Shown one piece after another: positions 26,897-38,770 of a DNA stretch of 64,000 nucleotides. Position numbers and translations under genes: made by a program. Numbering within the stretch: the stretch's first letter is position 1; each line of letters starts with the position of its first letter. Source of the stretch: Lama glama (lineage: Eukaryota); the NCBI GenBank assembly GCA_028534125.1, contig CM052816.1:29080001-29144000 (forward strand), written 5' to 3'. The notes under the pieces were generated by a model. That model made no database searches, was not told the DNA's origin, and saw nothing but the letters and a program-made list of their open reading frames with translations.

Positions 26897-29800
26897 AGTG
26901 GTCAAGATAGCTTAATAGGAGGACCCTGAGCTCATCTTGTCCCATGTGCACACCAAAATTACAGCTATTTACAGAGTAACTGTTGATGAAAAAGGCTGGA
27001 CAACTAGAAGAAAAGCTTTTCTACTACAGAAGATATAAAGAAGGAACCACAACAAGGCAGGTAGGAGGGGAAGAGTTGTGGCATAGCCCATACCTGTACC
27101 CCCAGGTGGATGACCCACAAATGGGAGGATAATTATAATTGCAGAGGTTCTCTCTGAGGAGTGAGGGGTCCAAGCCCCAAGCTGGCCCCCCCAACCCAGG
27201 GGTCCTGCACCAGGAAGACAAGACCCCAGAACATTTGTCTTTGAAGGCCAGTGAGGCTCACTTTCAGGAGAGCCAGAGGGCTATGGGAAATAGAGATTTC
27301 ACTCTTAAAGGGCGCACACAAAATCTCACACACTGTGGAACCCAGAGCAGAAACAATAATATGAAAGTAACCTGAGAGAGACCTACCTGCTCACCTTGGA
27401 GAGCCTCCCAGAGAGGCAGGAGGCCACCAGTGTTCACACTGGGGAAAGAGAAATTGTTTTTGGAAGCTTGTTCTATCACGAGGACATTGGTGCTGGCAAG
27501 TGACATTTGGGAATCCTCCTTCTAGCTTCTTAGGGCAGATACCCAGCTCTGCCCAGCAGCCTGTGGACACCACAGTACCGGCATGCCACAGGCCAAGCAG
27601 CTAGCTGGAAGGGACACAGTCTCACTCGCCAGCAAGCCAACTTCCTTAAGACCCCCTGAGCTCACAGCCAATCCAAGACCTGGTTGTGCCCATCGGAGGG
27701 CCCAGAACCTGGTCCCATGCACCAGTGTGCCAGCACTCAGCCCAGGACCTCCTGGAACCCCAAAACCAGGTGTTGGGATCTGGCTCCTTCAACCAGCAGG
27801 CTGAAACCAACTCCAAGACCCCTGGAAACCTGCAGCCAAAGACTCCAGGACCCAGTTCAGCCCCTCAGTGGGCCAGCACTAGCCCCAGGACCAGCCTTAC
27901 CCATCAGTGGGAAGGCACCAGACCAAGGACAACCTAGGACCCAGCCCCACCCACCAGGAAGCTGACACCAGCTGCAGGATCCCTAAGTGTTGCAGCCAGA
28001 GACACCAGGACATGATTCCACTCACCAGGAGGCAGGCACCAGCACCAGAACCACCTCAGCCCTACAGCCTGAGCTGCAGGACCAAGCCAACCCACCAGAA
28101 GGTTGGCACCACCCAGGACCCCTTACGCACTGGTGCTGCCCACCAGCAGGCCAACACCAGCTCTAGAATATTTTGAGTCCCACTAGAATATTTTGAGTCC
28201 CACAGCCAGCTGCCCTGGGATCCAGGCCTAGTCACCAGCAGGTCAACACCAGATTTGAGACACTCCAAACTGCATACCATAGTCAGCCATGTCATAAACC
28301 ATCCCCACCCACCAGCAGGGCAAAACTAGATCCAGGACCCCCAAACCTACGACTACCCACCCCAAACCTAGCTCCAGCCACCATTGGCCAAAACTAGCTC
28401 CAGAACCCCCCAGGAATCTGCAGTCAGCTACTCATACTTTTCCCTATCCAAAAGCAAACAGCAGCCTCTAAACAAGGCAGGTTCTGGCAACCAACCAAAC
28501 AAGGGACCAGCCACGCCTACTGGACCACCCTCTGCATGAGCCCATCACAAAGGAAGGACTCATGCAGCCCACACTGGGGGCACCCCTAGCACAGCTATAG
28601 CTCTGGTGATGAAAGGGGAGTGTACTGCTGGGGTGCACAGGACATCTCCTACAAAAGGCTACTTCTCCAAAGTAAGGAAATACAAACAGCCTATCAAATA
28701 CATAGAAAGAAAAACAGCACGTTAGGCAAAATGAAGCAACAGAGGAATATGTTCCAAAGAAACAAGATAAAAGCCCAGAAGAATATCTAAGTTAAGTGGA
28801 GATAAACAACCTACCTGATAAAGAGTTCAAGGTATTAATGGGAGAGATGATCAAAGAACTCGAGAATAGATTAGATGAACAGAGTGAGAAGTTAGAAGCT
28901 TTAACAAAGAGTAAGAAAATATTAAGAACAACCACAGATGAAGCCTACAATAACTGAAATAAAAAATACACTAGAAGGAATTAACAGACTAGCTGACACA
29001 GAGGAATGGATCAGGGAGCTGGAAGACAGAAGAGTAGAAATTACTGAAGCTGAACAGAAAAAATAATAAAGAATAAAAAGAAATGAAGACAGTTTAAGAG
29101 ACATCCAGGACAATGCCCAGCCCAACAACATTTACACTATAGGGGTCCCAGAGGGAGAAGAAAGAGTGAAAGGGGCAGAGAACATATTTGAAGACATAAT
29201 GGCTGAAAACTTCCATTGCTTCCATTTGGGAAAGGAAATGGACATCCAGGTCTAAGAAGCACAGAGAGTCCCAAACAGGATCTACCCAAAGAGGACACCA
29301 AGACATGTTGTAATTAAAATGGCAAAAATTAGACATAAAAAAGAATACTTAAAAAGGGGGGGGGTGAACAAATTACACAGAAGGGAATTCACATAAGGCT
29401 GTCAGCTGACTTTTCAGGAGAAACTCTACAGGCCAGAAGAGAGTGGCATGATATATCTGAAGTGGAGAAAGGAAAAACCTACAACCAAGCATACTCTAGC
29501 AGGCTTTTATTCAGATATGGAGAGACCAAAATACAGATAGGCAAAATACAGATAGGCAAAGCTAAAAAGAGTTCAGGACCACCAAACCAGCTTTACAAGA
29601 AATGTTAAAGCGACTTCTCTGAGTGGAAAAGAAAAGAGCACAACTAGAAATACGAAAATTACAAAAGGAAAAGTCTCATTGGTACAGGCAAATATATAGT
29701 GAAGGTAGTAGATCAAACATAAATAAAGGTAGTAGGAAGGTTAAAAGACAGAAGTAGTAAAATCAGCTTTATCCATAATAAGTAGTAAAGGGATAAAGAA

Positions 29801-30883
29801 AAGAAAAAGATGTAAAATGATGTCAAATAGTAAACATGGCACGGGACTACAAATGCAGGATTGTGAAAATGGTTTGAACTTAAGAGATCAGAAACTTAAA
29901 ACAGTCATAGATAAACAGACAGACAGACTGATTTCCGTATTTAAACCTCATGGTAACAACAAATAAAAAATCTATAGTAGAGGCACATACAAAAAAGGGA
30001 AAGGACACTGAACATAATACTGAAAAACAGTCATCAAAACACAAGGGAAGAAAGCAAAAGAAGAAGGAAGGAACAAAAAAGAACTATAAAAATAAACCCC
30101 CCAAAATTTATGAAATGGCAATAAATACATACTTACCAGTAACTAATGTAAATGAACTAAAAGCTCCAATCAAAAGACAGAGAGTGGTTAAATAGATAAA
30201 CAAGACTCATAGATATGCTACCAAAAAGAAATTCACTTCAGATCTAAAGACACACAAAACTGAAAGTAAGAAGATGGTAGAAGGTATTTCATGCAAATGG
30301 AAATCAAAAGAGAGCTGGGGTAGCAATACTCATATCAGATAAAATAGACTTTAAAACTAAGACTGTCACAAGAGACAAAGAACAACATTACTAAACAATC
30401 AAGGGATCAATTCAAGAAGATAAAACAATTGTAAATATTCTTGCACAAACATAGGAGCACCTAAAAACATTAAGCAAATATTAAGAAATATAAAGGGAGA
30501 AATTAACAGTAACACAATTATAGTAGGGGATGTTAACACCCCACTTACATCGATGGACATATCATCTAGACAGAAAATCAATGAGGAAACACTACCCTTG
30601 AATAACACATTAGACCAGTTGGACTATACATATATATAATATATTATATATATATGTAAAATATTCCATCCCAAAGCAGCAAATCTCAGTAAATTTAAGA
30701 AAATGGAAATAATATCAAGCATTCAACCATAATGCTATAAGACTAGAAATCGACTATAAGAAAAAGAAACTGCAAAAAAAACACAAACACATGGAGGCTA
30801 AACAATACACTGCTGAACAGCCAATGGATCACTGAAGAAATCAAAGAAGAAATTTAAAAAATACCTAGAGACAAATGAAAATG
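26897..30883 (+). mobile_element. L1 (L1MA/L1M3-type) with 5' UTR, decayed ORF1 and ORF2 endonuclease region; 3'-truncated
   Basis: 5' start 'gtcaagatagcttaataggaggaccctgagctc'; GC-rich repeated 5' UTR units about 27660-28450; ORF1 from about 28730 ('aaaatgaagcaacagaggaatatgttcc'); ORF2 start at about 30115 ('atggcaataaatacatac', then ...NVNELKAPIKRQRV); ends at 'gagacaaatgaaaatg'. Many stops and frameshifts. Confidence 0.92.
27660..28450 (+). repeat. Degenerate GC-rich tandem units in the L1 5' UTR
   Basis: Recurrent 'ctgcagccagagac(a/t)ccaggac...cccaccagcaggccaacaccagct' units; perfect 20-bp tandem duplication 'ctagaatattttgagtccca' at 28163-28202. Confidence 0.8.
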
Positions 30884-30889
30884 GACTGG

Positions 30890-31560
30890 TTTTCAGATTG
30901 AAGAATTAACCTATAGAAATGAACAAGATTAATTATGGTTATAGAATAAACTGTAAATGTTTCCAATATGAGAAATGTAAAGGTAGAGGTATAGTTGTCA
31001 GAAATTGAGCTATGGAAAGAGCAACATGTTTAAAAAAAAGTGAGCAGCTCAAAAACATCTGTCTTACAGAGCAGGGATTCAAAGGAGGCTACTAAAAGTG
31101 GATGCAAAAAATACACAGATGTATAAAAAACAGATAGATGGATATGATTGGAAGCTAGAAGATGAAACAAAAGAATGTTTCTATATATGATTACTTAGAA
31201 GAAATGGGAAGAAGAAAAAAAAGGAACAAAGAGGTAGGAGTTGAGCAAGAGAGATAAATTCTCACCCTTAGGAACGTAGGTGATGTCAGTAGCTATTCTC
31301 TAAAGATCACAAATGAAAAAAATTAAGGAAGAAGCATATTATTTAGAATTATGGAAGTAATGACCAGAAGAACAAAAAACAAACAAAATAAAGTGGTTGT
31401 ATTTAGTAAGTAAGACTGGGGTGGGGATAGGATGGAGTAAGGGCTAAAATCTTGTTCATTATAAACTATTCTGTCTTCTTTATTTTTTAACGTAGAAATA
31501 TTTCTCTGATAAAAATAAAACTTTAATGACTTTAAAGAGAACGTTTTAAAATAAATTTTA
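30890..31560 (+). mobile_element. Old L1 (L1MC/ME-type) remnant
   Basis: A-rich decayed L1-like text, 'atttagaattatggaagtaatgaccagaagaac'. Confidence 0.5.
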
Positions 31561-32119
31561 AATCTTTAACAGTATAAGAACCATTTCATGAGAAACCCAG
31601 TAAAAGTGCTTTTAAATGGACCTCATTCATCTGAGAGAGCAGCACAGAACCCTACCAGAGAGGGTGATGCCTCTAGGTAGTTGGTCTTTCTACTGGAACT
31701 TCAAATACCCAAAGAAGATAAAATAAACTTGACATATCCTTTAGCACAGTGTGTTCACTACTGAGAGAGAAAAAATAAAAAACTGCCTGTAGAGTAGTGA
31801 GAGATGATGTCCCACAGTGAAAATACTTCTCAACAAAGGACACTAAGAGAGAAAGATTAACACAGGATTTTGCCAATCGAGATGGATGAAAACTTAAGGA
31901 CGAAAAAAGAAACCTAGAAAAGCAGTCTAAGACTATACTCTAGATTGTGCTACAACTGAAGCAGATATTTGGGCATCAAGAATGAGGACACAGTCTTCAT
32001 GCTTTAACTTCTTAAAACCTGAAGATATTTACAAATTTATAATTATGGAGACAGATTCTAATGCCAAGCCTTGAGTGGTTATTCAGGTTTGCCAAAAGAA
32101 AAGGAAAAAAAAAAAAAGG

Positions 32120-32230
32120 GATTTAGAGTTCAAGGATCCAGATTCAACTCTAGGCTTTGCAACTTGCTAAGTATGGGACATTGTTCTAAATCATGTAACT
32201 TTCCAGCAACTTAGTTTCCTTTTCTGTCTG
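32120..32230 (+). mobile_element. MIR SINE fragment
   Basis: 'ccagattcaactctaggctttgcaacttgctaagtatgggacattg...cttagtttcct'. Confidence 0.6.
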
Positions 32231-32349
32231 TATCTCTACTTCCATCTCTATTAGAGATAATTAATGATAACAAGAATAAGAGCAGCAGAAACAACAAAAA
32301 GAACAACCATCCCAACATATCTGCTAGGTACATTCTCAAAATAATAGGG

Positions 32350-32830
32350 TGTGATGGTTAATTTTTTATGTCAACTTGATTGGCCAAAGCACATCCATAT
32401 TAAATATTATTTGTGGGTGTCTGTAGGAGTGTTTTCAGATGAGCTTGGCATCTGATGGACTCCAGAAGTCCAATGCGCTATCCACTGCACCACGGAGCCA
32501 CCTGGCATTTGATGGACTCAATGAAGTAGGCTGTCCACCCCTGTGTGGGTGGGCATTATCCAATCATTTCAGGGCCTAAATAGAACAAAAGGCAGAGGAA
32601 GAACAAATTTGCTCCATTTTCCCCACCTCGTTGATTAAGCTGGGTTATCTCATCTTTTTTTGGCCTTTGGATTGGGATTTATACCACTGACTACCCTAGT
32701 TCTAAGGGCTTTGGACTGAAATCTACCACAAGCTTTTCTAGAGACCCAGGAGATGAGAATTTGTTGGATCTTGGGACTCAGCCTCCATCATCACGTAAAC
32801 AATTCCTTATAATAAATCTCCTTTTCTTCC
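32350..32830 (+). mobile_element. MLT2-type (ERVL) LTR
   Basis: Start 'tgtgatggttaattttttatgtcaacttgattggcc'; 'gtgggtgggcattatccaatc...gggcctaaatagaacaaaaggcagagg'; 'ctcagcctccatcatcacgtaaacaattccttataataaatct'. Confidence 0.9.
32463..32499 (-). pseudogene. tRNA-Arg(TCT) 5'-half retropseudogene (nt 1-37)
   Basis: Reverse complement GGCTCCGTGGTGCAGTGGATAGCGCATTGGACTTCTG versus recalled mammalian tRNA-Arg-TCT GGCTCCGTGGCGCAATGGATAGCGCATTGGACTTCTA (34/37), anticodon TCT at 34-36. Flanked by 17-bp direct repeats at 32446-32462 and 32503-32519. Confidence 0.9.
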
Positions 32831-33124
32831 TATTGCACAGGAGGAAGAAATAAATAAAATTGTGAAATTAGTTTTTAATATGTTAGTTGGTAACAGGTTT
32901 TGCAAGAAAAAAAGTTATAATTGCAAGTTTTTGTTTTATGTTTATCTGGCAGAAATAAAATGTGTTGTACATTAATTCTAGGAAACGTGTCATCCAGCAG
33001 GGCAATGAGAACACAAACAAGATACAGAAACAAGCTCTACACAGAGGATTTATATTCCTGTGACCTTAAGCATTAGGTGAGTCAAAAACACAGTTGCAAG
33101 TTTAACTAATTATGGCAGAAATTT

Positions 33125-33510
33125 CAGTGTAATGGTTAAGGATAGGCAAAGTTATGCTGCAGGAATGAGCAAGTTTCACAGTCTCTGTGATATAATGTAA
33201 TAAAGGCTTATTTCTTACATAAAGTCTGCTATGGTACCAGGTAAATTTCCAAGGCTCTGTTTTCCCTATGGAGGCTCAACAATCAGACTACTCTCACCTT
33301 GTGTCTCCATGATCAACATGGCAGAGGAAAAAATGAGTTGAAGACTCTTGCTTGACAATCTAATGCTTTGGCCGAAAGCAACTCAAATCACCTCCAATCA
33401 ACTCATTTGCCATAATTATTCATATGGCCCTGACCAACCTAAGGGAAGCCGAGAAGGGCACTTCCCAAGGTGTCTTAGAAGGACAAGAGAACAGATATTC
33501 TTGACCACTA
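33125..33510. mobile_element. MLT1J/K-type MaLR LTR
   Basis: 'ggataggcaaagttatgctgcaggaa...aataaaggcttatttcttac', 'catatggccctgaccaacctaagggaagc'. Confidence 0.7.
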
Positions 33511-35869
33511 GTAAAGCTTAAATGAATAGGCACCATACCTTATTATTCTGCTTAGAGACTACTCTCTCCCATTAATGATATTATTATGCAAATAAAGTCA
33601 ATAGAAGTAAGTGGCAAAACATAAGATCTAACTAGATCAATCTGGGGGGAAGGTCTGGAGAACAGTCTAGATTAGAGAAACCAATGGATTAAGGGAATTT
33701 CAAATAATGAGGATATATTGCTCTTTCACTGATATACCTGTGATCAGTGTAGATAAACCAAATGTTCTGCATCTCCTCGTCATCACTACCTTGAAGAAAC
33801 TCATTCATGAGCTGCTGACAATCAAGGAAACTTGGGCTTGGAGCATTCACTCAGTATCTTGCTTCTACCAAGGACCATCTAGCCCACCCAGAGGGAATGA
33901 GAGGCCATCATTTAAGAGTCGTAAAAAGAAAAAGTAAACAAGGACAAAAATGGGAATTTGAAATGGAGGATGATGTTACTTTGTACAAGCAAAGTTTGAG
34001 GGCAAAAGAATTAAACTGTATCCCAAGAAGGAAAAAAACAAGAGCTTATGGAATTTTGTGAACTGCAGTACTGGCTGTCTATTATCAGTTGCCTCTAGGA
34101 TCCAGCATTAATCTCCCTGAATCATACTTAAGGAAAGAAATTCAAATAATTTAGGTTACTGGACTTGGTTTGTATTTGTTTTTGGAGTTTGTGCTTCTGA
34201 TAACAAAAATTGGGGGTTTGTGGTGGCATTTTCTGTGCTATGTTTATAAATGTGACATTTATGTGCTGGTAGCCTCTATGGTAGCTTTTGATTCAAGGTC
34301 ACTTATTTATACAGACATCAGTAACATTTTGAGCTATGGGGATACACAGAAAAGGTTACAGATTATGCCACTAAATTCCCTTCTAACTCCTAAAACATAG
34401 TGTGTCCCTTTTAGGTTTGGTTTTTAACATCTTTTGCAAAGCAGAAATTCCTATTTTAAAAGCCCTTTCTAAAAAAAAAATACAAAAAACAAAAAACTAG
34501 CAACTTTCATAGAAGTGGGCTTTTTAAGCAACAGAGGGCTATTTCCCTCATGATCAGAAAGCCACTCCTTGGCCCCTAGGGACAGTTCTGATATGGAAGA
34601 ACTGACAAAAGTTGACATGAAGGACAGTAACCTAGTAAAACATGAAAAATTCCCAAAGTCACAATCCCACTGAGCCAGCCCCTTCTTTCTTTAATAGGGA
34701 AGTAGAAGCTCTTTCAAAATGAGACCCTTAGATTCCTGGCATGATAGTGAGATCTTTATGGGACCTGGGGAGGCATGATGCCCTTGATAAACCTAGTGTC
34801 TTTCATGAGTTTAGTAAACAACACCTAGGTTTGCCCAGGAAGAAGTACAAAGAGAGTCTTGGGAAGGCTAGGTGTCTATGGGCACCCAGACCAAAGAAAG
34901 TTCAAGGCCACTGAACTTTAGAACATGTGGTACTTCCAGGTACCCCTAATCCTCTCCATCCTTCTGAAGGCAACACTCAGACCAGAACTAACCTCAGACA
35001 GAGGCAACAATTGAGGCTCTTATCACATCCACTGTGCTTAGTGTTTATTTCCTCATTCTACTTTTTTCCTTCTGTTTACTAGCACCAAACCTGATTTTCC
35101 AAAGGCTTCCCTACCCATGTATTCCCCCAAACTAGATCATCTGTGGAAATATCTACAGGTCCTGCTGTGCATGGATTCAAAAAATTATAAAGCACATTCT
35201 AGTTCTATCAAGTCATCTCTGTTTCTCCTTAAACCTATTCTAGAACTTCAAGAAGGTTATGACTTTCAATTTAAAAACTGCTGGGACTAACAAACTCCAA
35301 ATCTCTTAGTATATTCAGCAAGAGTTCATTAACAACTAAACTCAAGGTTTGACAGGTTATTGCCTTTATACAAATGACCTTATTAACCAGCACAGTTAAC
35401 GATATATTTGGTAGGCACTGAGCATTTCCTTAAGGAAGCTCCTATCTCACCTTATGATCTCAATTAATAGATTTCTGCTGAACTGTTTGCATGCTATTAC
35501 TGGTAAATCTCATTAGCCAGCCAACGAACATGTTAAATTATAAAAACAAATAACCTGAACTAAACATAATAATTATATGTTGCATAGATGCTCTCTTCAT
35601 TATAACTGGGTGCTTTCAGTTAATAGAAATATTCTTGATCTTATGTCTTGCTAATCTGTAACAAATTGCTGCTTTATCTTCTATATTGCATTTGCTCATC
35701 AAGTATTCACAAAATGCCCTCCAGATACCCTTGTTTTTGCTTTACTATTGCCTAAAAGACACATCAGTATTAACTTTGGCATGTAGTTACTTCGTTCCCC
35801 CAGCCAACATTTATCAAACACTTCTCTGGGCTGAGCACTGGGTAGCTCTTCCCTGAACAACTGGAGTCA

Positions 35870-36470
35870 TCTCCTTACTTGTTCACCCACAGTCACCTCG
35901 AATTTTCTGAACTATTTTCCACACTGAAGCCTAAGGCAGAAGATTTCCAAGGCTCTTAGGACAAAGACCAAAATGCTTATCTTGGCCACAAGGCTCTTCA
36001 TGGTCTGGCTTCTGCCTGTCTTTCCAGCATCATTTAGAACCACATTTTTCCTGACTCTCACAATCACAACCATGTTCTTTCAAATCGTCATCCTTTGCCA
36101 GGTATCCTCATGCCTCCTGGCCTTTGAAAATGTCATCTGCTCTGCCTGAAACACCCTTCCATCACCTTTCCTAAATCAACTCCTAATCATCTCTCAAAAC
36201 TCAGATCAAGTACCACTTCAATAGCAAACTCTCAGCTGACCTTTCTGAGTGGGTCAATTATCCCTAGTGCATGCTCTTAACACACCCTTTGCCTAAATGA
36301 TCACATTGTTATGCTAACTTTATTTCTGTGATAATTTAATGTCTGTTTTCCTTATTAGACTCAAAACTCCAGAAGTCAGGATCACCATTTTGTCTCCACT
36401 TAAAAGCATAAAGATTGGCACACAATCAGCTCTCAATAAATATGTACTAAATGAATGAATAAGCAATAAA
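35870..36470 (+). mobile_element. L2a-type 3' fragment
   Basis: 'ggccacaaggctcttcatggtctggcttctgcctgtctttccagc' through terminal 'ctcaataaatatgtactaaatgaatgaat'. Confidence 0.85.
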
Positions 36471-36549
36471 TATCAGAGTACTTGAAATGTTTGAATGTAT
36501 GTGTGATTAAAGAAAACAAAAACAACCCTCTAAACCAAATGGCAGACTA

Positions 36550-37080
36550 GGTGTGGTGAAAATCTGCCCTTTGTCTGCCCGAAGACCTTCAGACACCCCT
36601 CATTTTTATAGTGCTCCACGTTGTTGATCCTCACCTTTCCCAAGTTGAATCCAAAATTTATATTTCCCAGAATCCCTTTCTTTTAGCATGTAGACTTATA
36701 ACTAGTTTCCATTAAACAGAGGCACCAACAGGAGACTTAGAAGGCAGACTGGAAGATCACGAAGCACTGCACTCTTCTGACAAAAACAATTCTGCAGGCA
36801 TTGGATATTCTACAGCATCTATAATGGGTGTTCTGATACTGGGTCCTGACCTTGTGGGCATCAAGGGACAGGGAAAGACAGCAGTGAGATTTCTACAAGA
36901 CTGAGCTCACAGGGTTTTTGGGTACTTCTCTTAGCCGTATCACTTCCAGCTGGATGTCCTTCACTAAAGATGGTTTACTAACACTTTTCTAGAAACAATA
37001 GAAGCTAATTAATTTCCTTTCAGCTTCAGCTAACAGGAATAGACTCTTTTCTCTGCCCAGAAACCTTAGAATGATACCCT
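36550..37080. mobile_element. Old ERVL-type LTR (LTR16/LTR50-like)
   Basis: 'tgtggtgaaaatctgccc', 'tatttcccagaatccctttc', end 'ttctctgcccagaaaccttagaatgatac'. Confidence 0.45.
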
Positions 37081-38077
37081 TGAAGAAAATATTTGCAATG
37101 TGTGCACAGCAAACAAAAGATTTCCATATAAAGAGCTCACACAAATCTTATTTATAAACATAAACAATGCAAAAGAATATGAATAGGCAATTCACAGAAG
37201 CACATAGGCCAATAAACATATGAAAATATGTTCAGTCTTCAGTATAACTGGGGAAATACAAATTAAAACAATGGAATATTGTTTTTATCTATGAGACTGA
37301 CAAATACAAATAAAGATTGAAATACCCATCATAAAAAGGGATACAGAGAAATGAGTACTTTCATTAACTATTCAGAAAGAAAGAGGGTCTATAGTCATAT
37401 ATTTAGGCATTCTCATTAAGGTACAAACAAGACAAAGATACACACTATCATCAATACTATTCAAAATTGTTCTGGAAGTCCTAAACAATGTAATAAGACT
37501 AGAAAAAAGACCAAGTGTCAATATTGGACACATAATTTCTATATGTTTCACTTGCATATGATACCATTTTCCACCTAGAAAAGTCAGGATGATCAAGTAT
37601 TCTAATTAGTAAGAGCTTAGTGAGGTAGCCATATATAAGGTAAATATGCAAAAAAATTCAGCCTTTCTTGTATTTCAGAAATAATTAGAAATTATAATGA
37701 GAAAAACTCCATCGCCAAAAGCAACGGAAGTCACTATAACACACAGAAAAAATTATAAGAAAAAATATGCAAAGCCTCATGAAAAACAAACTATAAAAAT
37801 GTACTTATAGACATTAAGAAGAAAATCTAGATAAATAACACAAAGGCAAAAACATGTTTACAGATGTTTACAAAAGATTTCCACATAAAGAGCTCACACA
37901 AATCTCATTTATCACTGTTTGGGTAGCAAAAAACAAAACTGGAAATGATGTCTATCTATAGGAAATACAGTTTGCATTGTGATATATCAACACAATGAAT
38001 CCTCTTTAAAAAAACAAATAAAACAAACAAACAAAAAACCCCAAACAAACAAAAACTATGTAAAAAGAATGAGATAG

Positions 38078-38418
38078 AAACTCATTGAAACAGAGAAGAG
38101 AGTGGTGGTTACCAAGGGCCAGGGACTGGGGAAGTGATTAAAAGAAGAGATATGGGTCAAAAGGTACAAACTGCCAGCTTTAAGAGGAATAAATTCTATG
38201 GATTGTAGCTCATAGTACTGTATTGTAAACTTGAAAGTTGCTAAGTGAGTAAATCTAAATGTTCTCACCACAAAAAAGAAATGGCAATTATGTGACATGA
38301 TGGAGGTGTTAGCTAATACTATAGGGGCAATCATTTTGTGGTATATAAGTCTACTGAAGCAATTCTATGTACACCTTAAACGTCCACAATATTCTATGTC
38401 AATTATATCTGAATGGGA
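38078..38418 (+). mobile_element. L1MA9/10-type 3' end with TSD
   Basis: 'agagtggtggttaccaagggc...gaaagttgctaagtgagtaaatctaaatgttctcaccac...gtcaattatatct'; 16-bp TSD 'aaaaagaatgag(a/g)tag' at 38062-38077 and 38419-38434. Confidence 0.9.
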
Positions 38419-38579
38419 AAAAAGAATGAGGTAGTTCTGTAACTACGGACATGAAAAGTCACCAGTCAATTCTTTGTTATTTTTTTTTAAGATGTAGAAA
38501 AACATGTGATCCAGTTGTTTGTTTAAAAGAAATGCTTGACTCTATAAGTACAGAATACAGACATAATTCATAAAGATAT

Positions 38580-38770
38580 TGTATCAGACACCTCTTCTGC
38601 ACATTTCCACTCACCCCAGCACCTACAGCCATTGCTGCTTCCACGCAGGCTTTGACCAGCCTTGCACAGGTACGAGGTGGCCAGACCTCATTTCAGTCCA
38701 CACCAGGAACACCTAAGCTTCCTGCCCTGGGATGAAGTTCTGCAGAGCATTTCCTGTTGCTCCTTAGAAT
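38580..38770. mobile_element. LTR16-like fragment
   Basis: 'tgtatcagacacctcttctgc...caggctttgaccagccttgcacagg'. Confidence 0.45.

Noticed and set aside
27660..28450. Repeat-spacer-like array
   Set aside because: Degenerate tandem units native to the L1 5' UTR; mammalian DNA with no constant repeat and unique spacers, so not CRISPR-like.
27024..30608. Cluster of overlapping ORFs
   Set aside because: All fall within the decayed L1 5' UTR, ORF1 and ORF2; not host genes.
30627..30658. AT palindrome 'tacatatatataatatattatatatatatgta'
   Set aside because: Self-complementarity is inherent to (TA)n microsatellites.
32463..32499. Functional tRNA-Arg gene
   Set aside because: No 3' half, B box or terminator; it is a TSD-flanked insert.
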